DNA from: Flavobacterium sp.
Lineage (GTDB): Bacteria; Bacteroidota; Bacteroidia; Flavobacteriales; Flavobacteriaceae
Length of the DNA: 64,000 nt
Reading direction: 5' to 3'
Assembly (NCBI RefSeq): GCF_036405015.1
Contig: NZ_DASWYK010000243.1
Span: forward strand, 3,704 to 67,703
Each line of letters starts with the position of its first letter. Within the stretch, counting starts at the first letter, position 1. The notes below the pieces were generated by a model that searched no databases, had not been told where the DNA came from, and was given only the letters and a program-made list of their open reading frames with translations. Both the position numbers and the translations under genes were made by a program. This document shows positions 49,373 to 60,094 of the stretch, in pieces.

Positions 49373-50158
49373 ATGGAAAAAGTAAAAGCTAAAAAACATT
49401 TAGGACAGCACTTTCTTAAAGACGAAAGTATTGCAAAAGCAATTGCAGATACATTGACTCTTAAAGGATATGATGAGGTTTTAGAAATAGGACCAGGGAT
49501 GGGTGTGCTTACTAAGTATTTGCTTGAAAAGCCAATTAATACACACGTTATTGAAATCGATACCGAATCGGTAGCGTATTTGGATGCCAATTATCCAAAA
49601 TTAAAAGACAAAATTATCTCTCAGGATTTCCTGAAGTATAATATAAATGAAGTTTACGAAAATAAACAGTTTGCCATAATAGGTAACTTTCCGTATAATA
49701 TTTCTTCTCAGATTGTTTTTAGAACATTAGATCTTAAACATCAGATTCCTGAATTTTCGGGAATGTTTCAGAAAGAAGTAGCCGAGCGTATCTGCGAAAA
49801 GAAAGGCTCGAAAACTTACGGAATATTATCAGTTTTAGCCCAGGCTTTCTATACTACTGAGTATCTGTTTACGGTTGATGAAAACGTTTTTATTCCTCCG
49901 CCCAAGGTGAAATCGGGTGTGATGAGAATGACCCGAAAGGAAGATTATAGTCTTCCTTGTAGCGAAAAGTTGTTTTTTACTGTTGTAAAAACCGCTTTTC
50001 AGCAGAGACGAAAAACATTACGTAACAGTTTGAAAACATTAAATTTATCAGACAATCTGCGAGAAGACACTATCTTTGATAAACGTCCGGAGCAGCTTAG
50101 TGTCGATGAGTTTATTGAACTAACTCAAAAAATAGAAACCGATGGAGTTCAAAGTTAG
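49373..50158 (+). CDS. rsmA: 16S rRNA dimethyltransferase
   Basis: [33 protein letters not shown]. Confidence 0.97.
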   Translation: MEKVKAKKHLGQHFLKDESIAKAIADTLTLKGYDEVLEIGPGMGVLTKYLLEKPINTHVIEIDTESVAYLDANYPKLKDKIISQDFLKYNINEVYENKQFAIIGNFPYNISSQIVFRTLDLKHQIPEFSGMFQKEVAERICEKKGSKTYGILSVLAQAFYTTEYLFTVDENVFIPPPKVKSGVMRMTRKEDYSLPCSEKLFFTVVKTAFQQRRKTLRNSLKTLNLSDNLREDTIFDKRPEQLSVDEFIELTQKIETDGVQS

Positions 50159-51491
50159 TAAAGAATTTATACACCAGTTAGAAGAGCTAATCAATAGTAA
50201 AAACGACAACGAACTTGAAGTTTTACTTAATGATTTGCACCACGCTGATATTGCCGAAATCTTAGAAGAATTAGATTTCGATGAGGCAACTTACATATTC
50301 AAGGTTTTAGATAGTGATAAAACAGCCGAAATTCTTCTGGAATTGGAAGAAGATCTGCGAGAAAACATCTTAAGCCGACTTTCACCAAAGGAAATCGCGG
50401 AAGAGCTTGATGAGCTCGAAACCAACGATGCTGCCGATATTATCGCAGAACTTTCGCAGGAAATAAAAGCCGAAGTAATCTCCGAATTAGTTGACGTTGA
50501 ACACGCCAAAGACATTGTTGATCTTTTGCGTTACGACGAAAACACGGCCGGTGGTTTGATGGGAAAAGAGTTGGTGAAAGTAAATGAAAACTGGAATGTC
50601 TTAACCTGCGTGAAAGAAATGAGAATTCAGGCAGAAAATGTATCTAGAGTACATTCAATTTATGTAGTTGATGATGAAAACCGCTTAAAAGGAAGACTTT
50701 CTCTAAAAGATTTATTGACTTCTTCTACCAAAACGCAAATTGGCGATGTTTATATTCGAAAATTAAACTTTGTAAAAGTAGATACTGAAGACGTTGAAGT
50801 TGCTCGTATCATGCAAAAATACGACTTAGAGGCAATTCCAGTTGTGGACGAATTAGGTCGTTTGGTTGGAAGAATTACCATTGACGACATCGTGGACGTA
50901 ATCAAGGAAGAAGCCGACAAAGATTACCAGTTGGCGGCGGGTATTACGCAAGACGTTGAATCTAATGACAGCGTTTACGAATTGACAAAAGCGCGTTTGC
51001 CATGGCTTTTAATCGGAATGGTAATCGAAATTGTAGCTTCGTTTGTTTTGAAAGGAAACGAAAGTACTTTTCAAAAATATTCTACTTTAATTATTTTTGT
51101 ACCATTATTATCTGCAACTGCAGGAAATATTGGGGTTCAAGCTTCCGCAATTGTGGTACAAGGTTTGGCAAACGGAACTTTAAAAGATTTCAGCCGCGGT
51201 TATTTTACCAAAGAAATTACCGTTTCTATGATTTCAGGAAGTATTATTTCGTTACTCTTATTGGGATATCATTCTATAATGTACCAACAGTATTTGGTTG
51301 GATTTGCCATTTCAATCTCAATGATTGTTGTGATTTTGTTTGCAGCGACTTTAGGAACTTTGGTACCGCTTTTCTTGAATAAAAACAAAATTGATCCCGC
51401 AATTGCGACTGGTCCTTTTATCACGACGACCAACGATGTATTTGGAATTATGCTATACTTCGGAGTAGCAAATCTGATTCTTGGATTCTAG
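50142..51491 (+). CDS. mgtE: Magnesium transporter
   Basis: CBS pair, [24 protein letters not shown]. Confidence 0.96.
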   Translation: MEFKVSKEFIHQLEELINSKNDNELEVLLNDLHHADIAEILEELDFDEATYIFKVLDSDKTAEILLELEEDLRENILSRLSPKEIAEELDELETNDAADIIAELSQEIKAEVISELVDVEHAKDIVDLLRYDENTAGGLMGKELVKVNENWNVLTCVKEMRIQAENVSRVHSIYVVDDENRLKGRLSLKDLLTSSTKTQIGDVYIRKLNFVKVDTEDVEVARIMQKYDLEAIPVVDELGRLVGRITIDDIVDVIKEEADKDYQLAAGITQDVESNDSVYELTKARLPWLLIGMVIEIVASFVLKGNESTFQKYSTLIIFVPLLSATAGNIGVQASAIVVQGLANGTLKDFSRGYFTKEITVSMISGSIISLLLLGYHSIMYQQYLVGFAISISMIVVILFAATLGTLVPLFLNKNKIDPAIATGPFITTTNDVFGIMLYFGVANLILGF

Positions 51492-51602
51492 ATTTTTGCC
51501 ACAAATTAACGGATTGCAGTGATTTAAGATCTCTAAAATCTGCGTAATTTACAGGCGAAAAATATACTGTTAATTTGCCATCATAAATTCAAACCAAGAA
51601 GT

Positions 51603-52379
51603 ATGAATGTACACATTATTGGAGGAGGAAACCTTGGGGTTTCTATCGCCTTGGGAATTGCCAAATTCTCGAAAAACAACCAAGTTACTGTCACAAGAAG
51701 AAACATTGCAAGTATTCAATATTTATCAGAATACGGAATTACGGTTTCTAACGATAATAAACACAATATTCAGCAAGCTGATGTGGTGATTTTAACCATA
51801 AAACCGTATCAGGTTGATACCGTTTTGGCTGAAATTCTACCATTTATTCAAAATAAAACCATTGCTTCTGCAGTAAGCGGATTGTCTTTGGAAATGCTTC
51901 AAACCAAAACAAATTACGAATATCCAGTTGTTCGCATTATGCCAAATATTGCGGCGCAGTTTGGAGAGTCGGCAACTTGTATTTCTTTTCCAGAAAAATA
52001 CAAAGAAAATGCTGCGCCAGTTGTTGATTTGTTCCAAAACTTAGGAACTGCTCCTGTAATCGATGAAAAATTGATGGATGCAGCAACTGTTTTAGGCGCT
52101 TGCGGAACTGCATACGCATTGCGTTATATTCGTGCGTCTATGCAAGCAGGAATCGAAATCGGATTTGATTCTAACACTGCTTTAGCAATTGCTGCACAAA
52201 CGGTAAAAGGAGCTGCTAAAATGCTTTTAGAAGAACGAGTACACCCAGAACAATTAATTGACCGCGTTACAACGCCGCAAGGTTGTACAATTGTTGGTTT
52301 AAATGAAATGGAGCACAATGGTTTCAGTTCTTCATTAATTAAAGGAATCAAGACTTCTTTGAAGCAAATCAAAGGTTAG
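51603..52379 (+). CDS. proC: Pyrroline-5-carboxylate reductase
   Basis: IGGGNLG, RIMPN, VTTPQGCT. Confidence 0.95.
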   Translation: MNVHIIGGGNLGVSIALGIAKFSKNNQVTVTRRNIASIQYLSEYGITVSNDNKHNIQQADVVILTIKPYQVDTVLAEILPFIQNKTIASAVSGLSLEMLQTKTNYEYPVVRIMPNIAAQFGESATCISFPEKYKENAAPVVDLFQNLGTAPVIDEKLMDAATVLGACGTAYALRYIRASMQAGIEIGFDSNTALAIAAQTVKGAAKMLLEERVHPEQLIDRVTTPQGCTIVGLNEMEHNGFSSSLIKGIKTSLKQIKG

Positions 52380-52472
52380 ATTTAAAGAAATTCCAATATT
52401 TTAAATTCCAAATTCCAATTTTCTTATTGGGATTTGGAATTTTTTGTTTTACGAAGATTGAATGGTCTGGTT

Positions 52473-52565
52473 TGTCATTCTGAGGAACGAGGAATCTCAC
52501 TAGTAATTCAACAAACAATCACACGATGGATATTCGATTGTGATTCTTCGTTCCTCAGAATGACA
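52473..52565. repeat. REP-doublet-like inverted repeat (93 bp)
   Basis: tgtcattctgaggaacgaggaatc / gattcttcgttcctcagaatgaca (one mismatch). Confidence 0.88.
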
Positions 52566-52582
52566 AAAAAGGTTAGGTATTT

Positions 52583-53740
52583 TTATAAATCGAGTGTACT
52601 ATTTTGTTTTTTATTCAAAACATATTTTAGAAAAAGAAACCCCATAAGTCCAGCTAAAAACGATGCAATCAAAATCGCTATTTTAGAAAAAACAATAATC
52701 TCCGGATTTTTAAAAGCCAGAACCGTTATAAAGATTGACATGGTAAAACCAATTCCGCCCAACATTCCTGCGCCCAAAATGTGCGCCCACTTTAAGTTTT
52801 TTGGAAGCATGCACAAGCCAGAAGTTACGCCGACAGAAGAGAAAAGTAATATTCCAAGCGGTTTTCCGACTACGAGTCCAAGAATAATTCCGTAAGTATT
52901 GGAATGGTTCAAACCTTCGTGCCAGTTTTCGGTAATAGTTAATGCTGTGTTTGCAATAGCAAAAAGTGGTAAAATGAAAAAGGCGACTGGCTGATGTAAA
53001 AAATGCTGCAGTCTAAATGATGAAGTTTTTTCTCCGCCATCTCCAAACGGAATTACGAAAGCCAAAATAACTCCAGTAATCGTAGCATGAACACCAGAAT
53101 TAAGCATAAAATACCACATAATAACACCACCAATCAGGTACGGAATTAGATTATGAATTTTCATTCGATTTAAAACAAATAGAATAATCCAGATTCCAAG
53201 TGCGATTCCGAGGTTTAAGAAAGAAATCGAAGTGGTATAAAAAATGGCAATAACAATAATTGCTCCTAAATCATCAATCACAGCCAAAGCGGTCAGAAAT
53301 ACTTTTAAAGATGCAGGAACTTTATTTCCGAGAAGAGACAAAATTCCGATTGCAAAAGCAATATCTGTTGCCATTGGAATTCCAGCTCCATTTTGAGTAG
53401 TCGTTCCGTAATTTAAAACCAAAAAGATGGCAGCAGGAACCAACATTCCGCCAAAAGCGGCCATTATCGGTAGCGAAGCATTTTTAAAATTGGATAATTC
53501 ACCATGATAAATTTCTCGTTCCAGTTCTAATCCGATTAAAAGAAAAAATATTGTCATCAGTCCATCATTAATCCAATCGGTTATGGTGTGTCCTGCAATT
53601 TCTTTTTCCCAAAAAGCAACGTATGGAACTTGAAATGAAGAATTAGCGAGATAAAGCGATAAAAGAGTGACAACAAGCAAGATAATTCCTCCTGATTTTT
53701 CGTTTTCAAAAAAGGCTGTAAAAGTCTTAGTTAGTTTCAT
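52583..53740 (-). CDS. nhaA: Na+/H+ antiporter
   Basis: WINDGLM, ATDIAF, AVIDDLG, GKPLG, GIGFTMS. Confidence 0.96.
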   Translation of the reverse strand: MKLTKTFTAFFENEKSGGIILLVVTLLSLYLANSSFQVPYVAFWEKEIAGHTITDWINDGLMTIFFLLIGLELEREIYHGELSNFKNASLPIMAAFGGMLVPAAIFLVLNYGTTTQNGAGIPMATDIAFAIGILSLLGNKVPASLKVFLTALAVIDDLGAIIVIAIFYTTSISFLNLGIALGIWIILFVLNRMKIHNLIPYLIGGVIMWYFMLNSGVHATITGVILAFVIPFGDGGEKTSSFRLQHFLHQPVAFFILPLFAIANTALTITENWHEGLNHSNTYGIILGLVVGKPLGILLFSSVGVTSGLCMLPKNLKWAHILGAGMLGGIGFTMSIFITVLAFKNPEIIVFSKIAILIASFLAGLMGFLFLKYVLNKKQNSTLDL

Positions 53741-53982
53741 TTGGGAATATTTTCAGAAGATTTATGACGGATTTTTGGTAATCCTTGCACTTTCAAAGTT
53801 AAAAAAAAATCGGTGTAATAAAAAGTGATTTGCTATGAAGGCGAAAAGGCTCGAAGTTTTTTTGTGTTTTTTAGCTGTTGAATTTTTTCTTTGCGACTTT
53901 CTGTCTTGACGAGATAAACTAAGACGTAAACAAAAATCTTAAACATTTCCCGTATTTTTGTCATTATAAAATTCAATACAAA

Positions 53983-54930
53983 ATGAGTGTAAAAATTCTT
54001 CATATCGACAGTAATAATCCAATTTTATGGAATCAATTGGAGGAAGCTGGTTTCGAAAATCATGCTGATTTCAAATCTTCAAAAGAAGAAATCGAAGCAA
54101 AAATACAAGACTATAACGGAATCGTAATTCGCAGTCGTTTCAAGATTGACAAGACATTTTTAGACGCTGCAACAAAGTTGCAATTTATTGCAAGAGTCGG
54201 CGCAGGTTTGGAAAGTATTGATTGTGAGTATGCTTCTTCAAAAGGAATTCATCTTATTGCGGCTCCAGAAGGAAATCGCAACGCTGTTGCAGAACATTCG
54301 CTTGGTGTAATTTTATCATTGTTCAATAATTTAAATCAGGCTGATGCCGAAGTAAAAGCGGGACAATGGAATCGTGAAAGCAATCGAGGACATGAATTGG
54401 ATTTGAAAACCGTCGGAATTATTGGTTACGGAAATATGGGAAAGGCTTTTGCTAAAAAACTAAGAGGTTTTGAAACTGAAGTTCTCTGTTATGATATTTT
54501 GGACCATGTTGGCGACGAAAATGCCAGACAAGTTTCTTTAGAAGAATTACGTGAAAAAACAGATGTTTTAAGTCTTCACCTTCCTTGGACACCAGAAACT
54601 GATAAAATGGTCAATAAGGAGTTTATAAATGCGTTTAAAAAGCCTTTTTGGATTATTAATACTTCTCGAGGTAAAAATATTGTTACAGCTGATTTGGTTG
54701 AAGCTATGAAAACTAAAAAAATACTTGGAGCAGGTTTGGATGTTTTAGAGTATGAGAAGCTTTCTTTTGAAACGCTTTTCCAAGATAAAAATACACCAGA
54801 AGCTTTTCAATATTTATTAGAATCGAAAAATGTTTTACTAACACCTCATATCGCGGGATGGACTTTTGAAAGTCACGAACGTTTGGCGCAAGTAATTGTA
54901 GATAAGATAAAAGCGGTTTATAATATGTAA
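53983..54930 (+). CDS. D-isomer 2-hydroxyacid dehydrogenase (SerA-like, no ACT domain)
   Basis: RVGAG, GIIGYGNMG, INTSRG, LDV, TPHIAG. Confidence 0.92.
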   Translation: MSVKILHIDSNNPILWNQLEEAGFENHADFKSSKEEIEAKIQDYNGIVIRSRFKIDKTFLDAATKLQFIARVGAGLESIDCEYASSKGIHLIAAPEGNRNAVAEHSLGVILSLFNNLNQADAEVKAGQWNRESNRGHELDLKTVGIIGYGNMGKAFAKKLRGFETEVLCYDILDHVGDENARQVSLEELREKTDVLSLHLPWTPETDKMVNKEFINAFKKPFWIINTSRGKNIVTADLVEAMKTKKILGAGLDVLEYEKLSFETLFQDKNTPEAFQYLLESKNVLLTPHIAGWTFESHERLAQVIVDKIKAVYNM

Positions 54931-55102
54931 TTTTGTTTGTAGGATTTAAACTGAAATTCTTTTATTTTTAATTGTAAACGGAATTAGTTTTGTATGTTAA
55001 TTTTTAATAATATTGTTTCGATTTTTTAACAAAACATTTGAAATGTTGAGTTGAATAATTCCCAAAAACAAGAAAAATTTAACCTATAAATCTAAAAAAC
55101 GT

Positions 55103-55750
55103 ATGATTATTTACGGAAGAAAAACAGTTCAAAGTACTATTAAATCTGGAAAATTCGATTGTCCAAATTGCAGAAGACAAGAAAGTTATCAATTAAAAAA
55201 TTATCAGCTTTATTTTCATATTTTCTTTATCCCATTACTTAAAATTAGAGAATTGGGAGATGAGTTAAACTGTTTTTTCTGTAATACAACTTATGTTCCA
55301 GGATCTGTTTTGTCTTCGCATGAATATGATACAAGAAACAGATTAGGAAATACTTCGCAAGAGGAAAACACTGCAATTGGTCTTGTACCTTGCGATTTTG
55401 GTAAAAGAATTGGGGCGTTCGTTATTGATTTGTTAATTATCTATGCTCTAAATCTTGCCATTGCTTTTATTTCGCCTGAAGCTTCTTTGTTCGTTATATT
55501 ATTTGCATTTATCTATTTTATTGCTTGTGATCTTTTATTGAAGGGGTCTTCTTTAGGGAAATTAGCTTTGTCAATCAAAACAGTTAACTATGAAGAGAAT
55601 GGAGAAATCCTTGCCTTTAATGTTATTTTGAGAAATCTGATAAAAGGTATTTGTGCCGTGTTTCCTCTAATTTATTTGACATCATTGTTAAATCAAGATA
55701 AAAGAGCTCTTCATGATTTGGCTGCCAGAACAATGGTTGTAGATAAATAA
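55103..55750 (+). CDS. Zn-ribbon plus RDD-family membrane protein
   Basis: CPNC...CFFC then KRIGAFVIDLL...RALHDLAARTMVV. Confidence 0.88.
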   Translation: MIIYGRKTVQSTIKSGKFDCPNCRRQESYQLKNYQLYFHIFFIPLLKIRELGDELNCFFCNTTYVPGSVLSSHEYDTRNRLGNTSQEENTAIGLVPCDFGKRIGAFVIDLLIIYALNLAIAFISPEASLFVILFAFIYFIACDLLLKGSSLGKLALSIKTVNYEENGEILAFNVILRNLIKGICAVFPLIYLTSLLNQDKRALHDLAARTMVVDK

Positions 55751-55831
55751 AACAGATTTTTTGTCTGGGCGAATTTAATCTGAAGTTTGATTGTTTGTAA
55801 AACTATATTATTAACTATAAAGGGAATAAAA

Positions 55832-56104
55832 ATGGAGAATACAAGAAGAGAAGATTGGAATAACCCTCGCCATCAGCAGGAAAACAAAAAAATTGTAGCC
55901 GGAATTCTAGCTATTTTACTGGGATATTTGGGAATTCATAAATTCTATCTGGGTTATACCAAAGAAGGTTTAATTCAGCTGCTTCTGGGACTACTATTAG
56001 GACTGGGAGGTATAATAGGAATTATAGAAGGAGTCATTTATTTGACAAAATCTGATGAAGACTTTTATCAAACATATCAAAAAGGCTACAGAGGCTGGTT
56101 CTAA
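55832..56104 (+). CDS. TM2 domain protein
   Basis: LAILLGYLGIHKFYLG. Confidence 0.9.
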   Translation: MENTRREDWNNPRHQQENKKIVAGILAILLGYLGIHKFYLGYTKEGLIQLLLGLLLGLGGIIGIIEGVIYLTKSDEDFYQTYQKGYRGWF

Positions 56105-56301
56105 GTCAAAATATATTCAAATTATAAAACCATTCAGAAATGAATGGTTTTTTTATTGCTCAAAAATGTCTTTTTCTGATACAATTATAGCTTATACGTC
56201 CTTAAAATAAATTCAACAGTAGGTAATCTTGCTTTTTGTTAGTAAGCAATGGAGTAACCGAAAATCCTTAAGAGTAGGATAATTGAAAAAAAAAAGAAGA
56301 T

Positions 56302-56634
56302 ATGTTAGAAATGTACAAAAAGGTAGTTTTTGAGAACTACGTAAATTTTAAAGGAAGAGCAAGAAGAAAAGAGTTTTGGATGTTCTTTTTAGTAAACGTA
56401 ATTATTAGCACTGTTCTTAGTGTAGTTACAGGATTAATTTCGCCAAGTTTGGTAATTATTGCAAATATTTACAGTTTAGCTGTTTTACTTCCAGGTATTG
56501 GTGTAGCTGTAAGAAGAATGCAGGATATTAATAAAGAATGGTGGTATATTTTAATTCCTTTCTATAATATTTATTTGTGCACAATTGAAGGCGATAAAGG
56601 TTCAAACCAATATGGTGCAGATCCTAAAAACTAG
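56302..56634 (+). CDS. DUF805 membrane protein
   Basis: FKGRARRKEFW, AVRRMQD, NQYGADP. Confidence 0.92.
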   Translation: MLEMYKKVVFENYVNFKGRARRKEFWMFFLVNVIISTVLSVVTGLISPSLVIIANIYSLAVLLPGIGVAVRRMQDINKEWWYILIPFYNIYLCTIEGDKGSNQYGADPKN

Positions 56635-57000
56635 AAAAGCCATTTAATTGAAAAAATAGAATGCCAATAGATTTAAATAAAAATTGTTAATTAAAAAGTC
56701 CCATTCGCATTTGCATTTGGGGCTTTTGTTTTTTCTGGTATTTATTTAAAATGACCCCTCAGAATCAAACGAAAACTTCGTTATAGGTTAAAAGGAGCTT
56801 CTGCGTTTTTAGTAGGGTGTGATCATAGGTTTCTGAGGGTTTATATTGTTCTTCAAAAATTTTCAAACAGTAAATAAATATTTTTATCGAAGGAGTTTTT
56901 TAGTTAATAGGGAAAACTTTTTGTTTTATTATATGGAGTTTTTCTAAATAAAATTGTTACTTGAATAAAGTTTAAATCTAAAAATAATAGTAATAAAATT

Positions 57001-58098
57001 ATGGGATTATTTAGTAGAAATAATAAGATTGAAAAACCTGAGGTTGTTCTTGAATTAAGAAGTCCTAGTTGCCCAATAACAGCAATTGTAGAACAAGATA
57101 ACAGAACGGCTTATTTTTATTTGTTTGGAGATAATGAAGATTTTGGTGTTAAAAGCTGCTGGATACGAAATTTAACTGTGGCACCAGAGGAGATAGAGGT
57201 AAAATTAATGGAAAAAGGTGTGCCTCCAATGTTAACTAAAGAGTTTTGCAAATTTCCGCAAGGACAGGAAACACTTAATAAAGATAATCTGGAAATAGTC
57301 TGGCTCGAAGAAGGAGATGGAGCCGCATTACTTGAAAATGGAGAGGTTTTATGTGTAATTCCGAGCTGGGGTGGCGGCGGAGAATTTTATGGATATGCTA
57401 GAGATTGTAAAGGAGAGGGGTACTTTGCCTGGGAGCTTTCAGTAGATAATGAAATGTACAAACGTGTTAAAAGCGCAATTTCTTTTGAAAAAGCTTGGGA
57501 CGACGAAAGAAATCCTTTTCAGTTACTGCAACCCAAAATTCTAGATTATTACGACGAAATATTTGGAAAAAGCGAAAAGTACTATGCAATCGATAATTCG
57601 GAGTGGCCACCAAAAGGACTGTATGTTTATGAAGGTCCTGAAAAGGTTGTATTTGCAACGGTAGCAGTATCATTACGATCTCAACCTAAGATCGAAATGT
57701 ATTTTGAAAACCCAAACGAAGTGAATAGAATCGAACTTGGAATTATTTTAAAGTCCGGATTAACAAATGAACAAACAAATAGTGTTGCAAGCTTTGTAAG
57801 TGGTATTACGGCAATTCCTTGGGATTATATTACTTTCTTGGCAGAAGGGCATACTATAGAGTTTCAGACATTAGTGAGTGAAAAATTTAAATACGGAGTT
57901 CTTACCAATAAATTAAAAGTTTTACCTCAGATGAATGTGCCTGCTTATGGAAATTCAAAAACCAATTTTTTATGGATCGTACCTGTTTCAGATACAGAAT
58001 GGGAGGTAATGAAAGAATCTGGATCGCAATTTATATTAGATAAACTGGATAATATTGGTGAAGAGATATTCAATTTGGAACGAGAAGAAGTTGTTTAA
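57001..58098 (+). CDS. Suppressor-of-fused (SUFU)-like domain protein
   Basis: C-terminal FATVAVS..Q, RIEL, EGHT, FLWIVPV..TE pattern. Confidence 0.75.
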   Translation: MGLFSRNNKIEKPEVVLELRSPSCPITAIVEQDNRTAYFYLFGDNEDFGVKSCWIRNLTVAPEEIEVKLMEKGVPPMLTKEFCKFPQGQETLNKDNLEIVWLEEGDGAALLENGEVLCVIPSWGGGGEFYGYARDCKGEGYFAWELSVDNEMYKRVKSAISFEKAWDDERNPFQLLQPKILDYYDEIFGKSEKYYAIDNSEWPPKGLYVYEGPEKVVFATVAVSLRSQPKIEMYFENPNEVNRIELGIILKSGLTNEQTNSVASFVSGITAIPWDYITFLAEGHTIEFQTLVSEKFKYGVLTNKLKVLPQMNVPAYGNSKTNFLWIVPVSDTEWEVMKESGSQFILDKLDNIGEEIFNLEREEVV

Positions 58099-58109
58099 GA
58101 ATACGGTAT

Positions 58110-58156
58110 AAAAAAGAAAAACTCATAAGATTTACGCTTATGAGTTTTTCTTTTTT
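58110..58156. terminator. Bidirectional terminator
   Basis: aaaaaagaaaaactcataag / cttatgagtttttctttttt 20-bp arms. Confidence 0.85.
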
Positions 58157-58167
58157 ATGATTAATTA

Positions 58168-59976
58168 TTAATCTTCCTTCTCAGATAATTTCTTTTCCAA
58201 TTCAATCTGAAATTCTTCAATAACCGGTTTCATTGTGCTTTCAGGAATATCAGCAATTCTAATGTACATTAAACCATCAATTGCATTGTTGAATAAAGGG
58301 TCAACGTTAAAAGCTACTACTCTTGCATTTTGTTTGATGTATTTTTTAATTAAAACAGGTAAACGTAAATTTCCTGGTTCTAATTCGTCAATGATTTTAT
58401 CAAACTTATTCAAATCAGATTCGGCTTCGTCGAAAATGAAATCTTTATCAGCGTCTTTTAGTTTTACTTTGTACGCTTTTTTCGGGTGAATATATTGCGC
58501 AATATACGGATCGTAGTAGTTTGATTTCATGAACTCAATCATCAATGATTTAGAGAAATCTGAAAATTGATTACTAATACTTACGCCACCAACCAAATAT
58601 TTATGTTCTGGATGACGTAAAGTAGTATGAATAATACCTTTCCACAATAAAAACAAAGGCATTGGCTTCTGCTGATATTCTTTTACAATAAAAGCACGGC
58701 CCATTTCGATCGACTTGTGCATCATATCGTGAAGCTCAGGTTCAAATCTGAAAAGATCTGTCAGATAGAAACCTTCAATTCCGTATTTTGGATAGATTTC
58801 AGAACCTAATCCCATACGATACGCTCCAGCGATTTTCTTAGTTTCATCGTCCCATAAAAACATATGGTGATAATATTGATCGTACTCATCTAAGTCAATA
58901 GATTCGTTTGTTCCTTCACCAACTTCACGGAAAGTGATTTCGCGAAGACGTCCAATTTCGTGTAAAATGTTCGGAATTTCTTTTGCGCTTGCAAAGAAAA
59001 CTTCGTAGTTTTTACTTTGTAAAAATCGGCTGTCACTGTTTCGTAAAGACTGAACTTCATCAATTAATTTTGATTCGTTTGCAGGCGTTACAATTTTTTT
59101 AGGCGCTTTTGTGATTTTAAGACTCGCCGTTGCAGTGTCAATCAATTTCGTGTCTTTTTCGAAAGGATTAGCCAGCATATAAGTTTTCTTTCTTAAGAAT
59201 TCTGAATATTCTTCGAAAGATTCTATCTCGTTTTGCTCATTGACAGAAATCGGTTTTCCAATACGAACTTTAATAACACGGTCTTTCTGCGTTAAAAGTT
59301 CAGATGGAAGTTTTGCTGTTCTTAACGTGTCATCAATTTTAGAAAGCCAATAGAATAATTTACTGTTTTTGGCATGAAAATAAATTGGAACCACAGGAAC
59401 TTTTGCTTTTCTGATTAATTTCAGCGCACCTTCTTCCCAAGGTTTATCAACAACTAATTTTCCATCTTTATAAGTCGAAACTTCACCAGCAGGGAAAATT
59501 CCCAAAGGTTTTCCGTCGCTTAAGTGACGTAAAGTTTCTTTAATTCCGATTACGCTCGATTTTGCATCCTTATGATTTTCAAAAGGATTAACCGGCATGA
59601 TGTATTTTTTCATCGGAACAATTCTGTGTAACAAGAAATTGGCAATGATTTTGAAATTTGGCTCTCTTTCAAGCATCAATTTCAATAATAAAATTCCATC
59701 AATTCCTCCAAGTGGATGATTGGAAATTGTAATATAAGCACCATCTTTTGGCAGACGTTTTAAGTCTTCTTCAGGGATTTCGAATTTGATTTCCATTTCA
59801 TCCAAAATTCCGTTCAAAAACGCAAGGTCTTCCAAATGTTTATTACGATCGTAAATTTTATTAAGGGTAGAGATCTTAAGAACTTTCATAAGAATCCAGC
59901 CAGAAAAAGTACCGAGAACCCCGTACTTTTCAACATTTATTGCCTTTGCAACTTCTTTCGCGGTAACTAAACCCAT
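58168..59976 (-). CDS. olsF: Bifunctional PlsC-type acyltransferase plus GNAT N-acyltransferase (OlsF-like)
   Basis: NHPLGGID and IFPAG (LPLAT); GRLREITFR, IAGAYRMG, IEMGRAF (OlsB-type GNAT). Confidence 0.7.
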   Translation of the reverse strand: MGLVTAKEVAKAINVEKYGVLGTFSGWILMKVLKISTLNKIYDRNKHLEDLAFLNGILDEMEIKFEIPEEDLKRLPKDGAYITISNHPLGGIDGILLLKLMLEREPNFKIIANFLLHRIVPMKKYIMPVNPFENHKDAKSSVIGIKETLRHLSDGKPLGIFPAGEVSTYKDGKLVVDKPWEEGALKLIRKAKVPVVPIYFHAKNSKLFYWLSKIDDTLRTAKLPSELLTQKDRVIKVRIGKPISVNEQNEIESFEEYSEFLRKKTYMLANPFEKDTKLIDTATASLKITKAPKKIVTPANESKLIDEVQSLRNSDSRFLQSKNYEVFFASAKEIPNILHEIGRLREITFREVGEGTNESIDLDEYDQYYHHMFLWDDETKKIAGAYRMGLGSEIYPKYGIEGFYLTDLFRFEPELHDMMHKSIEMGRAFIVKEYQQKPMPLFLLWKGIIHTTLRHPEHKYLVGGVSISNQFSDFSKSLMIEFMKSNYYDPYIAQYIHPKKAYKVKLKDADKDFIFDEAESDLNKFDKIIDELEPGNLRLPVLIKKYIKQNARVVAFNVDPLFNNAIDGLMYIRIADIPESTMKPVIEEFQIELEKKLSEKED

Positions 59977-60094
59977 GTAGTACTTTTAATTTATTAGAAC
60001 AGCGAACAAAGATAACAAAAAAGTCTACTTTTCATTGTTTCCAAGACAAACTTTGCACTTTTTTATTACATTTGAAATCCAAAAAAAATCACTG

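Noticed and set aside
52434-52895. 153-aa plus-strand ORF
   Set aside because: Runs through a repeat element and antisense to nhaA; no coherent protein features
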